64,000 nt of DNA, taken from the IMG/VR virus record IMGVR_UViG_3300009502_000019, one strand, 5' to 3'. Every line of letters starts with the position of its first letter. The stretch's first letter is position 1. A program made the position numbers and the translations under genes. This DNA comes from a virus (taxonomy: Duplodnaviria > Heunggongvirae > Uroviricota > Caudoviricetes). The notes under the pieces are model-generated. The model worked only from the letters and a program-made list of their open reading frames with translations. It ran no database searches and was not told the DNA's origin. Below, one piece after another: positions 10,811 to 20,226 of the stretch.

Positions 10811-11920
10811 TTAATCTTTTTCCTCTTCCTCGACCTTTTCCACTACAGGCGCCACAGTAGACAGAGAACTAAGCCTGTCCAGGTTCTTCTTTACATACTC
10901 CTTAAACTCACTCTTCCGGACCTGCTCTCCGGCGATCTCGACGTAACCACGCTTCTCACCGTCCTTAGCTATCCCATTCGTAATCATGTTTTCCAAGAGA
11001 CCGCTGAACGGATCCACACCCTTATTGAAATAGATATCCAAGCAAGACTCCTGAAACGGCATGGCGATGCGGTTCTTGGACCCCTTTGCTGTTGACATTA
11101 CGCCGACAACACGGTCCGGGTTGTCCACATCCTTGATCTTTCCGGAATAGTTCAGCTCAAGCCTCACAGACGCTGAAAAAGGCATACCAGAGCCTCCAGG
11201 AGTTGTCTTGGGGTTGCCGAACATTACACCAATCTTGGTGGTAACGTGGTTGGCCACTACGTGCATGATATTGCCCTTCTTCATGTACCTAGCAGAGTTC
11301 CTTAGAGCTGCCCGTATTTGCTTAGCCTTCGTCATATCGGGCTTCTCTAGCATCACCTCCTGCTCGTGCCTCGTAGACAACAGCGCAAGGCTGTCCAGAG
11401 CGATCAAAATAGGGCACTCAGTATCCTTCTCCCAAATAAGATCCACGAGCCCCGGCTTGCTCTTTCCGTTAGAGTCCTTCCACCCAAGAAAAACCTTCTC
11501 AAAGTGTTCCTCAACTGTAAGCGAGCTGAGAAGAATGAGCGCACTGCTGTCAATGCCGAGCATGGCCCCAAACTGCTCCGTGTAAGCGTCTTCGGTATCG
11601 TCCAAAATGGCAATGCCACCCATCTGCTGAACAGCGGCAATCCAGTGGTATATGAGAAGCGACTTACCTGTGGAAGGGTCACCAAACACTTCAATAACGC
11701 GCCCGAAAGGGAGCCCTCTAGTGTAGTCGCCTGAAATTACTTTGTTGAGAGCGTAGTTTCCGGAGTCAAGCCAGAAATCTACCTTAGACTCTGTGCCTGA
11801 CGCGACCCCCTCTACTTTGCTAATAAGGCTTGATATGAACTTCGGATCAATGCCTTTCACACCTTTATCGACCACCGGCAGCTTCGGATGTCTCTTCAAA
11901 GGCTCTTCGACCTGTGTCAT
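10811..11920 (-). CDS. RecA/UvsX-family recombinase
   Basis: 369 aa. Walker A GDPSTGKS in a RecA-like core. The N-terminus carries EEPLKRHPKLPVV. Confidence 0.85.
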   Translation of the reverse strand: MTQVEEPLKRHPKLPVVDKGVKGIDPKFISSLISKVEGVASGTESKVDFWLDSGNYALNKVISGDYTRGLPFGRVIEVFGDPSTGKSLLIYHWIAAVQQMGGIAILDDTEDAYTEQFGAMLGIDSSALILLSSLTVEEHFEKVFLGWKDSNGKSKPGLVDLIWEKDTECPILIALDSLALLSTRHEQEVMLEKPDMTKAKQIRAALRNSARYMKKGNIMHVVANHVTTKIGVMFGNPKTTPGGSGMPFSASVRLELNYSGKIKDVDNPDRVVGVMSTAKGSKNRIAMPFQESCLDIYFNKGVDPFSGLLENMITNGIAKDGEKRGYVEIAGEQVRKSEFKEYVKKNLDRLSSLSTVAPVVEKVEEEEKD

Positions 11921-11993
11921 TGTATCTCCTTGATTACGTTTATTGAATGGTTAGGGCGGGGATAGCTACCCCCGCCCAACTGCCAGCACCAAA

Positions 11994-12965
11994 CTACATA
12001 TTCAAAAACTTGTCCCTGCACGATGCCTTGAATGTGCACGGAACGCACTCAGGGCGCCTTGGTCCGTACAGCTCTCCGAAACACTCGGGGGTTTCTCCTC
12101 CTTCGTCCGAAGTACTCTCCACGGATTCGACAACAGGAAGCTTTTGGTGGGTCTTCAAAGGCTCTTCATGCTTCACCTCAGCCACTGGAACAGGAAGCTT
12201 TTGGTGTCTCCTCATTGGCTCTTCCTGATCAGCCGGGTGCTTCTCCACCGCAGCCGCAGCACGTACAGCACCAACATCAACGGCACCTTCGCCTCCCTCC
12301 AATGTAATCTTAAGCTCTTCATAAGATTTAGCTTTTGGAACCTCGTTTTTAAGAAGTTCTATCGCCTCCTTAAAGTTCTTCGGAAGATATCCACGTGCCG
12401 AAGACACTGACGGGTCTGGAGCCGCGCTGTAGCTTGCGTAGCCACTCTGGGATTGCTTGGCACTTACTTTTGTAATAACAACATCCCTACCAGTGTCCAA
12501 GTCGAGAATGTCGCCCCACTTTGGGTTCTCTATAAACCCCTTAAGATCCGTATGGACCTGAATACCGGCCTCCATAATCTGGATGCCTTTATCCTTGTTG
12601 TTCAAGTCAACTACGTTAAACAAATAACGAGTCTTCTTGCTGATCTTCCTGGCTAGCTTCTCGTCTTCGGGGTCTTTTGTCGCCCAAAGCTTTGCGGCGA
12701 CCTCACAGATAGGGCACCGTATCTTGGTTGTGACCGTCTCCCAAGTCTTGGGACACACCTCAGCCGTCTTGCTACCCTCAACACCAAGCTGGTAGTGCAT
12801 CATGTACTTGTACCCAAAGTACGGTATGTTGCTGGAGAAGTACTCAAGTGAAGGAGGCAGAATCCTAATGTTGTTGTCGCCATCCTGCAGCTCAAACCTG
12901 TTCTCCTTACCGGCCTTCTTTTCTGACTGCTCTCTCATCTTTACAATGTCTAAGCCCATCTGCAT
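11994..12965 (-). CDS. gp32-like single-stranded DNA-binding protein
   Basis: 323 aa. Collinear with T4 gp32: NNIRILPP, an H/C...C-x13-CPICE zinc subdomain and a KTRYLFNVVDL core. The C-terminal tail has tandem EEPMRRHQKLPVP / EEPLKTHQKLPVV repeats. Confidence 0.7.
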   Translation of the reverse strand: MQMGLDIVKMREQSEKKAGKENRFELQDGDNNIRILPPSLEYFSSNIPYFGYKYMMHYQLGVEGSKTAEVCPKTWETVTTKIRCPICEVAAKLWATKDPEDEKLARKISKKTRYLFNVVDLNNKDKGIQIMEAGIQVHTDLKGFIENPKWGDILDLDTGRDVVITKVSAKQSQSGYASYSAAPDPSVSSARGYLPKNFKEAIELLKNEVPKAKSYEELKITLEGGEGAVDVGAVRAAAAVEKHPADQEEPMRRHQKLPVPVAEVKHEEPLKTHQKLPVVESVESTSDEGGETPECFGELYGPRRPECVPCTFKASCRDKFLNM

Positions 12966-12974
12966 TACCCCCGT

Positions 12975-13448
12975 TTAATTGTTGTGTGCCCTAACTTTGT
13001 CAGTATTGATCCCGAAATCATGTAAGCTAATCTCCTGGCGTTTAGAAGCTCCGAGTTGAATCAGCATATCCTTCCGTTGCTCCAACGCCTTAACAAAAGA
13101 CTTGAGGATCCCGAGCTGGCGCTCTGCTTCAATGAGCTCTTCTGCCATCATCTGGTACCTCTTATCTCGTACAATGGCGGACTTAATAACAGCCTCAGTG
13201 ACCTTAGTCTCCTTTAGCTCGAGCCTCTTCTGAGCGTCAAGGTTCGCCTCCAAAACCGAAAAAGCTAACTTCTTCTGCTCAACGTCAGCTACTGCAAATT
13301 CGGAGAGAGCCGCAAAGTACGCATAAGTGCTGGGCTGCTTAATGAACTCGTCGTTGAGAGTCGCATCGTTTATCTGCATGACCTCTCTGAGAGTCCCGTC
13401 AAACACCTTATCACCAACATTGACTCTGACCTTCATGTTGAAATCCAC
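12975..13448 (-). CDS. Hypothetical protein, possibly a UvsY-like mediator (speculative); GTG start
   Basis: 157 aa, predicted helical. Sits between the SSB and DNA polymerase genes. Preceded by promoter-repeat copy 1 and a GGGGG RBS. Confidence 0.4.
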   Translation of the reverse strand: MDFNMKVRVNVGDKVFDGTLREVMQINDATLNDEFIKQPSTYAYFAALSEFAVADVEQKKLAFSVLEANLDAQKRLELKETKVTEAVIKSAIVRDKRYQMMAEELIEAERQLGILKSFVKALEQRKDMLIQLGASKRQEISLHDFGINTDKVRAHNN

Positions 13449-13475
13449 TGTTGCTACCCCCTGTTTGATCCTTCA

Positions 13476-13518
13476 CTCTATATTACGGCTGTTTACGTAA
13501 AAAATTATGATATTTTTT
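13476..13518 (-). promoter_or_regulatory. Conserved ~45 bp promoter-like repeat, copy 1 (AAATATCATAATTTTTTACGTAAACAGCCGTAATATAGAG on the minus strand)
   Basis: One of five near-identical copies (13476, 20666, 27862, 45084, 46578). Each sits 10-35 nt upstream of a start codon, oriented with the downstream gene. Confidence 0.6.
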
Positions 13519-13526
13519 TAAATATT

Positions 13527-15914
13527 TTAGTTCACCTTGACCTCCTCTAGTTCGCCCCAGTTCTTGCCGAACGAGTAATCAAACTTCATAGGCACTTTTA
13601 GCCACGAAAAGCTTCTAGGAAGGTCAATGGAACATACACTGTTCATCTCATGAGCAACATCGTAAAGAGGCTCCTCGGGGCCCTCAAACACTATTGAGTC
13701 ATGGACCGTAAGAATCGTCCTGACGGGTAGCTTATACTTGGCTATGATTCGTCGCATCCTTACCATCGTAAACAAAATCATGTCTGAACTACTGCCCTGA
13801 ACAGGACTGTTTACGGCCTGCCTAGTGATATCATCAGGTACATTGGTTGCTAATACGCCTTTTGCCTCTGGAAACCGGCGCATCCTTCCTGTAGGATACT
13901 CCACAAACCCGCATTTTGACAAAACACGTCTGGTCCTGGCGTACCAGGGTTCAAAACCCGTATACGTTGAGAAGTACGCGTTACGAAAAGCCCTACACTC
14001 TTCAATCGACAACTTAACCCCATACTTCGTCTCTGCGTACACCTGGAACCCTTCTGCAGACTGCCCGTAAACAAAGCCAAAATTGATCCCCTTAGCGATT
14101 TGACGCTGATCCTTGGTTACGTCCTTCTCTGCAACGTGGAGGGCCTTAGAGGCCGTTAAACGATGAATATCATGCCCATCCTGGTAGGCTTGTATCATTG
14201 TCGGCTCCGGAGCAACAGAACAAGCCACCCTGAGCTCCATCTGACTGGCATCTGCCTGAAGCAGAATACATCCGGGAGAGGCCACAAACATCTTCTTTAC
14301 AGCCTTGTCCCTAGGGATGTTCTGGAGGTTTGGCCCTGAGCTGGAAAGCCGTCCTGTGCGGGCACCACAGATATTGAAATTACCGTGAAGCCTACCATCG
14401 TCCTTTATAAGCCCCGGAAGCTTCTCCACATAGGTTGAAAGCATCTTCTCATGCTTACGTATTCTGATTAGATACGTCGCCAGCTTATACCCCTGCCTTG
14501 ACAGGTTCTCAAGAACCTCATTATCGGTACTTAGTAATCCAGACTCTGTCTTCTTGAGAACAGGATATTTCAGTACCTTAAACAAAAGATCACGTAACTG
14601 CTTAGTAGAGCTTAGGTTAACATCTTTTGACTCAGGGTATGTGTCAGCGATAGCCTCATACACGGCCTCGAGCCTTCTGTGAATATCTCCAGCAAGTGCT
14701 GTACTCGCGGCAGTGTCTATGAGAACCCCTTCAAGCTCCATACCAACAATAACCTCAATCATCGGCATCAAAACAGTCTCAAACAGGCTCCACATTACCG
14801 GGCTAAGCCGGATCTCGGGCTCAAACTTGCGAAACAGCCCCATGGTGTTGTTGCAGTCTTCACAGTTGTAAATGCACAGCTTTACCATGTCCTTCGTAAA
14901 CTCGAACATGCACCCATCCAGGTACTCTGCTGACAGCTGCTTAAGGCCTATCGAGTGCCTGTTCTCGTCAAGTAAAAACGCCATAACCATCGTATCAGCG
15001 TAAAAGTTCTTATAGGAAACCCCCATCTTCACGAGAACCTTAAGGTCAAACGCGGCATTGTGTGCGATCTTCTTAGACGGTCCTGACATGACAGTCCTCA
15101 CTAGATCCCAACACTTATCACGGAACTCAATGTTAACGTTCTCAGGATGGTCCAAAGGAACCGAGTAACACTTCCCTCCACCAAGGCCAAATCCGCAACT
15201 CCATAGATTCATCGCCTTGTCAAAAACGTCAAGCATCTCATTAGTCTCAACGTCAAAACTAATGAGCTCTGGTGAGGCCAACACAAGATCGCTATACGCC
15301 GCGGCAAGCTTATCTTCGGTGTCCACAACGATAAAGTTGTTATCCGAACCAAGATCGTTGTGCAGATACCGGTGGGCCGTATTAAGATCTTTTCTAAGCC
15401 TTGGTAGGGAAGTTGGATTACGAATACAATATGCCGGGTCGATAACAGGAAGAAAAGTCATGCCCATAGTCTGCATGAAATTACCGGCCCTACTCATGAT
15501 GCGTTCTTTGGGAAAAAACGCCTCCAGAGCTGCTGCTCCGACAAGCACAACAAGCTTCGGCTTTAGATCCTTTAGCTCATTAAAAAGATACATGCCAGTG
15601 CAAAGCTTCAGAGCCTTCTTCTTTGGAGGCTCATTCGCTGGCGGGTTGCACCGGCATGCGTTCGTAAAAGTTACTTGTGATACGTTAAAACCTACCTGTG
15701 ATAGTGTCTTTCTGAACAGCTTTCCGCTCTCACCGCCAAATGGAACCCCTTCAACAGCGTCAATCCCTGTTGGAGCATCACCAACAACAACTAAATCATT
15801 GTTGCAGGTGTACGAAGGAACAAAAATACGCGACAAGTATGGGCACTTGGCGCATTCTTCTCGCTTAGTTTTGTCTTCATTCTTAGCAGATATGAGCTTT
15901 GCAACATTGACCAC
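13527..15914 (-). CDS. Family A DNA polymerase with N-terminal UDG-like domain and 3'-5' exonuclease
   Basis: 795 aa. PolA motifs: ADASQMELRVAC (motif A), RQIAKGINFGFVYG (motif B), VHDSIVFE (motif C). Exonuclease motif ISFDVETNE. N-terminal ~170 aa has a family-4 UDG-like GDAPTG...GESGKLF motif. Confidence 0.9.
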   Translation of the reverse strand: MVNVAKLISAKNEDKTKREECAKCPYLSRIFVPSYTCNNDLVVVGDAPTGIDAVEGVPFGGESGKLFRKTLSQVGFNVSQVTFTNACRCNPPANEPPKKKALKLCTGMYLFNELKDLKPKLVVLVGAAALEAFFPKERIMSRAGNFMQTMGMTFLPVIDPAYCIRNPTSLPRLRKDLNTAHRYLHNDLGSDNNFIVVDTEDKLAAAYSDLVLASPELISFDVETNEMLDVFDKAMNLWSCGFGLGGGKCYSVPLDHPENVNIEFRDKCWDLVRTVMSGPSKKIAHNAAFDLKVLVKMGVSYKNFYADTMVMAFLLDENRHSIGLKQLSAEYLDGCMFEFTKDMVKLCIYNCEDCNNTMGLFRKFEPEIRLSPVMWSLFETVLMPMIEVIVGMELEGVLIDTAASTALAGDIHRRLEAVYEAIADTYPESKDVNLSSTKQLRDLLFKVLKYPVLKKTESGLLSTDNEVLENLSRQGYKLATYLIRIRKHEKMLSTYVEKLPGLIKDDGRLHGNFNICGARTGRLSSSGPNLQNIPRDKAVKKMFVASPGCILLQADASQMELRVACSVAPEPTMIQAYQDGHDIHRLTASKALHVAEKDVTKDQRQIAKGINFGFVYGQSAEGFQVYAETKYGVKLSIEECRAFRNAYFSTYTGFEPWYARTRRVLSKCGFVEYPTGRMRRFPEAKGVLATNVPDDITRQAVNSPVQGSSSDMILFTMVRMRRIIAKYKLPVRTILTVHDSIVFEGPEEPLYDVAHEMNSVCSIDLPRSFSWLKVPMKFDYSFGKNWGELEEVKVN

Positions 15915-16264
15915 TAGTTACCTGCTAGCTTGGCCAAAATGGGTGAAATAAGATGAAGAAGAAGGCAGGTCATAGCCGCGTAGAAACAGAACGCCGCGGC
16001 AAGACTCCACCACATCATCTGAGGACTTGACTCAGACCAAATCCACCACCATTGACTAATGGTATGTCCAGTGACACAATAAGACAATCCTTCAAACATT
16101 CCCACAAGAGCCGTGATCCCAATCCAAAAGAACGCCCACCAATACTGATGGCAAATGAAACAGATGGCAATCAGGCACACATCAAAAAAGATAAGCCCAA
16201 CCAACCCAATGGTGCTCAATATCGGCTTACTAAATATATTTTTTAGCTTTTCCCGTACGCTCAC
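15914..16264 (-). CDS. Small integral membrane protein
   Basis: 116 aa with about three hydrophobic helices. Confidence 0.45.
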   Translation of the reverse strand: MSVREKLKNIFSKPILSTIGLVGLIFFDVCLIAICFICHQYWWAFFWIGITALVGMFEGLSYCVTGHTISQWWWIWSESSPQMMWWSLAAAFCFYAAMTCLLLHLISPILAKLAGN

Positions 16265-16491
16265 GTGCGATCCTCCTTCTTTGGTATTATATTATTTATA
16301 GCTTCTTTTAGTTTTGCCCGGGCCCAATCCCGGTCCATCTCTACTGACTCCATGTACGAAAACAGACTGTCCTTAGCCGCCTCAGGATCCGTGCTGTACA
16401 GAGCAAACAAGCTGTCTATAAACCGCTCTGTCTTGTTTAGCCAACACGTAGGATCTCCGCCGCAGCATGAATACGGCTTTCGTTCACTCAC
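16261..16491 (-). CDS. Hypothetical small protein
   Basis: 76 aa; start overlaps the downstream gene's stop. Confidence 0.4.
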   Translation of the reverse strand: MSERKPYSCCGGDPTCWLNKTERFIDSLFALYSTDPEAAKDSLFSYMESVEMDRDWARAKLKEAINNIIPKKEDRT

Positions 16492-16667
16492 TTCGTTGCC
16501 TTACAGACGCAAAACTGCTCTACATCCTCTTCTACGCGCCGCTTAAACACAGCAACACCGGGCTCGTACTTCTCGATCTGATCAAAAGCAAACTGAAGCT
16601 CTCTCTTGTTCTCACACCACTCTGTCACCTGACGCACGCAACACCTCCGGTTGATTTATCCACGCAT

Positions 16668-18623
16668 CTATTTTACTAAAATCTTGACTATACTATCCTT
16701 GGCGATGTTCTCGTACGAAAGGTCTATGTCACAATGACCATTTTTAACCTGCTTCCCGTCTTCTAACGAGACGCCTGGGGTAGTGACAATCACAGCGCCA
16801 GCCTTTACGAGAACGTCTTTAAGGCTAATCATATTGGAGTAGAAGTGCAGCATGGACTTCCTGGCATCCTGCACGTAATCCGCTCCGTACGCCGTAATAG
16901 ACTTTCCTATGTACCCTTCGGCAAAATAGAACTTGTTTCCTTCTGGAGACGTTACCAAAAGACCGAGCATCTTCTGCTTATCCTTGATCTTTGACTTCGC
17001 GGTGCATACCACATTATTCGGGTTAACCACGTGGTTTCTTTCCATGCTCTTTGTCTTCTCTGATGCGACGATAATCGTAAACGGAACTTCAAGGCCGGAC
17101 TCGGTCTCACCCCACCCACCGTCACAGTTAAAGTAGTTGAGCATCACGATATACGACGCCTGCTTCTGGTTCTTTACATAAAACAGCTCAGACGCTCCAT
17201 TAGGCCCTGGCGCGTCAGTAACGTCTCCGGAAAACAAAACGTCGCTGTCTCCTGACCTGTAATAGCCATCCCATCCCATCTTGTCACCGTCGCAACGAAT
17301 TAAAGACAAGTCCAGATCAACTCGGTTTTTACCTACGTTACCCCAGTGAACACCTACAATGATATCCTTAGGAACAAACACGGAAGTTCCGGATGGAAGG
17401 TCCCCGGTAAACTGCTTCTCTGTCGTAGGAAGGGAGTACTGAACTCCAGTAGGCAGGTAAATCTTCTTTCCATCGACCTGTGGCTTGATGTCGTTAGCAA
17501 TAGAGTCGACAACCTTGGACAAAGCTGCATCGGCCACGTCCTGCTCTTGAAAGTCGAACTTCGTCGCGAAGCTCTTGCCATTGCGCACCTTATACAAGAT
17601 AGACTCCGCGTCCGTGGTCCGGTACTTTAGTGCATACGCAAGGCGTATTTTTCTGAAGATGTTTGCCTTAGACAGCTCAGCGTCCATAACCTTTGTATTA
17701 AGCCCCGTGCCGGACTTAATCTTTGCCGTTACTGAGTTCAAGTAATCCTCAGGCATAGGCTTGTGATTCTTCACAGCGAGCTTCCGGATCTTATTGATGA
17801 TTATCTTGAGCCCAGGCTTAGTCCTGAATGCCAGAAAGAGTGGCTTAAACCGATAAAAGATCTCAGCAAGCTTCTCAAGCCCATAGCTATCCTTGTACCT
17901 CTTCAGAAGCCCATATACGGCAAGGTTGTCCTTTGTCTTGATGTCAGCTATGGTCATCCTGTCCTTGATAAGCATAGTCGTATTAGTGGACTTGTAGACC
18001 AAGTACCGCAAAAACTCGGTCGGGTCCGAAGGAAGCACATTTGTGAGGTCATAGAGCGCGACCCGTACTTCCTTATTCTTAACTGCAAATATCTCCGCCT
18101 GGCTGAACCCGATGAACGTAATGAGGTCAATGACGTCAACCTTTGTATCATCGCTAAGAGCGATACCAGACCCAAGAAACGTAGTAAGCTTTTCTTTTAG
18201 CTCAGCCTTTGTGTACCCCTTAATTACAGTCAGGCTGACCTTGTCTAGCTTGACTTTAGGAATAGTGAGCTTCTCCGCCGGTATGTAGACAGAGTCCTGG
18301 CTGTACACACCCATGGCCTCAAATCCGTAAGTAGTTATGTAGTGAACAACCTGCTCAAGAAACAGCTGCTCAAGGCTCGCGTCACGGACCTTAGACCACG
18401 ACTTATGAAAAGACGCATTCATCTTGTCACCAGAGAGACCTACTTCTCGTGACACCACATCGACCAATTTCAAGAGCTCCTTTTCAGTGTAGTTACCGGC
18501 GACAACTGGAGAAAAGATAAAACCCTGCCGTACTGTAGCTGTCATAATCTCTTTACTGACGGCGCTTGCTAACCTGCTGTCGGAAACTGGAACTGCTTTG
18601 AACAACCGGATCGATGCTTTCAT
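16668..18623 (-). CDS. Large hypothetical protein; C-terminal region weakly TerD-like (speculative)
   Basis: 651 aa. The segment VDLDLSLIRCDGDKMGWDGYYRSGDSDVLFSGDVTDAPGPNGASE resembles the TerD-domain pattern DLD...SGD..TG.G.GDDE. Confidence 0.5.
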   Translation of the reverse strand: MKASIRLFKAVPVSDSRLASAVSKEIMTATVRQGFIFSPVVAGNYTEKELLKLVDVVSREVGLSGDKMNASFHKSWSKVRDASLEQLFLEQVVHYITTYGFEAMGVYSQDSVYIPAEKLTIPKVKLDKVSLTVIKGYTKAELKEKLTTFLGSGIALSDDTKVDVIDLITFIGFSQAEIFAVKNKEVRVALYDLTNVLPSDPTEFLRYLVYKSTNTTMLIKDRMTIADIKTKDNLAVYGLLKRYKDSYGLEKLAEIFYRFKPLFLAFRTKPGLKIIINKIRKLAVKNHKPMPEDYLNSVTAKIKSGTGLNTKVMDAELSKANIFRKIRLAYALKYRTTDAESILYKVRNGKSFATKFDFQEQDVADAALSKVVDSIANDIKPQVDGKKIYLPTGVQYSLPTTEKQFTGDLPSGTSVFVPKDIIVGVHWGNVGKNRVDLDLSLIRCDGDKMGWDGYYRSGDSDVLFSGDVTDAPGPNGASELFYVKNQKQASYIVMLNYFNCDGGWGETESGLEVPFTIIVASEKTKSMERNHVVNPNNVVCTAKSKIKDKQKMLGLLVTSPEGNKFYFAEGYIGKSITAYGADYVQDARKSMLHFYSNMISLKDVLVKAGAVIVTTPGVSLEDGKQVKNGHCDIDLSYENIAKDSIVKILVK

Positions 18624-18677
18624 TGTGTTTCTCCTGTTAGTGACGAGGCGAACGGTATTTTCTCAGATAGAAGTTTG

Positions 18678-18913
18678 TAGGAACCGTTTATGCCTCTGTG
18701 TTACTGGCGAGAGGTATTTATGCACCCCGAAGGGTGCGCCCATTTTTATTAGGAACCTCTTATGCCAGAAGTTATGCAGCGGGCTGTAGTTCGCTATGTA
18801 TCGAGGCCCCTAAGGGCCTCGTCTGATATGTTAGGAACAGCCTTTGCCGCAATACTGCTGGGGCGGGGAGTATCTCTTTGTCATAGTAAAGTGTATAGGA
18901 ACTCCCTATGCCC
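18678..18913. repeat. Array of four TAGGAAC-N5-T(A/T)TGCC repeats in an intergenic region
   Basis: Copies begin at 18678, 18750, 18832 and 18896 (gtaggaaccgtttatgcc, ttaggaacctcttatgcc, ttaggaacagcctttgcc, ataggaactccctatgcc). Two GC hairpins lie between them (gcaccccgaagggtgcgc followed by cattttta; gaggcccctaagggcctc). Confidence 0.6.
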
Positions 18914-18921
18914 CAAACTTG

Positions 18922-19485
18922 TTATTTTGCTGTCAATGTCAACACGGCCGGATTAACCACACCCTTTGACTCTTTAACTCCCCAGATCTTGTTATGTGCC
19001 TTCCTGATCTTCTCCGCGTTCTTCCTGTTCTTAGCCTTTGCTATCCCAAGAGCAAGTGCACACGCGTACGTGTTACCACTATGACCGTCATCAATAAGTG
19101 AGTCAATTTTCTTTAGTGACCTACCGTTGTCGATCAGTAACGCGATCTTATTACCCTCGTTTGTAATAAAATCATTGTACGCCTTGTCACCGGCCATACG
19201 CTCGTCCTTTGTCTGAAAGTCATTAGCAATACACCACACATGCTCAAATGTGTCGTCTGTGAACACCTCAAACCCGATTACAGTACTCCCCTGGACAGTC
19301 CAGGTCCTGATGAATGCCCCTGGAACTATAATCTTCTCCCAATCCTTCTCCGGATGCCAAAAGTCCTTGCGCTTAGCCCCACTCCAGCTACACCTGTCAA
19401 ACTCAAAGTCTACCTGGCCCTCTCCGTTCCACTGCACCTTAGTTATCTTCTCAATATGCGGTGTAAACATGCTAGATCCTTTCAA
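18922..19485 (-). CDS. Hypothetical protein
   Basis: 187 aa ORF. Confidence 0.5.
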   Translation of the reverse strand: MKGSSMFTPHIEKITKVQWNGEGQVDFEFDRCSWSGAKRKDFWHPEKDWEKIIVPGAFIRTWTVQGSTVIGFEVFTDDTFEHVWCIANDFQTKDERMAGDKAYNDFITNEGNKIALLIDNGRSLKKIDSLIDDGHSGNTYACALALGIAKAKNRKNAEKIRKAHNKIWGVKESKGVVNPAVLTLTAK

Positions 19486-20062
19486 GTATGTAATCTGTGG
19501 ACTTTTTCAAGTCCGTGTTGACCACTTCCTCGTACGGAATCTTGTATAAGCGCAGGAAGCCGCGTATGCTCTCGTCAATCCTCTTCTGAATCTCGTAATT
19601 GGAGTGCCTAAGGTTATCCTTGATCGGAAACTTTTTACCCGGCTTGATGTAAAATACCTTGTCATACGTCTGTGCGGACTCCAAAGTCATGTCTAAGAGC
19701 TCCCTAACCCACATGCGGTCCTTAGGGGACTTCATATCCGCCTTAAACACTCCATAAACGTATGATACGAACACAGGGCTGTCACATACGATGTAGTCAT
19801 ACTGTGTGCTGATGGCGTTTTCTAGAAGCCTGTTCCACGTTAAGAATATTAGCATCTGCTCCGATATGTGCTCAGGGTGCCCATACTTCTCGATGTAGTC
19901 CCTCGGATACTCCAGGATGTACTTCGCGTTCTTGTTCCTGACCTTCAACTGTGTGGCAAGGTTGAGGGCCAGTGTAGTCTTACCGGACGCTGGCGCCCCA
20001 ATCAATGCCACTATTTTTGATTTGGACTGCATAACACTCCTGGAGTAAACGAGTACCCGCAC
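19472..20062 (-). CDS. P-loop kinase, NadR-like ribosylnicotinamide kinase (or a polynucleotide/nucleoside kinase)
   Basis: Walker A IVALIGAPASGKTTLALNLA, then EYPRDYIEKYG and DYIVCDSPVFV. This resembles the NadR RNK-domain pattern SGKSTL...EYGRDYV...DTDFVTT. The true start is probably the internal Met (MQSKSK) near 20032. Confidence 0.45.
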   Translation of the reverse strand: MRVLVYSRSVMQSKSKIVALIGAPASGKTTLALNLATQLKVRNKNAKYILEYPRDYIEKYGHPEHISEQMLIFLTWNRLLENAISTQYDYIVCDSPVFVSYVYGVFKADMKSPKDRMWVRELLDMTLESAQTYDKVFYIKPGKKFPIKDNLRHSNYEIQKRIDESIRGFLRLYKIPYEEVVNTDLKKSTDYILERI

Positions 20063-20226
20063 TTAGGACAAAACTTGTGGTGCTCAAAGTGATCCGCGTT
20101 ACAGTCAGGGCACTTGTTAGACTCCCTAGACGACAAAACTGCTCCACACGTGTTACAAAACTTATCGCCGGACCACGCAAATCCGTGCTGCTTACATGTT
20201 TTTACCGGACAGTATTTCATCTTCAC
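20011..20226 (-). CDS. Cysteine-rich zinc-ribbon small protein
   Basis: 71 aa with multiple CxxC pairs (CPVKTC, CNTCG, CPDC, CPKCG). Confidence 0.4.
   Translation of the reverse strand: MKMKYCPVKTCKQHGFAWSGDKFCNTCGAVLSSRESNKCPDCNADHFEHHKFCPKCGYSFTPGVLCSPNQK

Noticed and set aside
11208-11734. Plus-strand ORFs overlapping the RecA-like gene, and the minus ORF 11404-11694 in another frame
   Set aside because: They sit inside a strongly supported recombinase ORF and have no motifs, so they are treated as frame artefacts.
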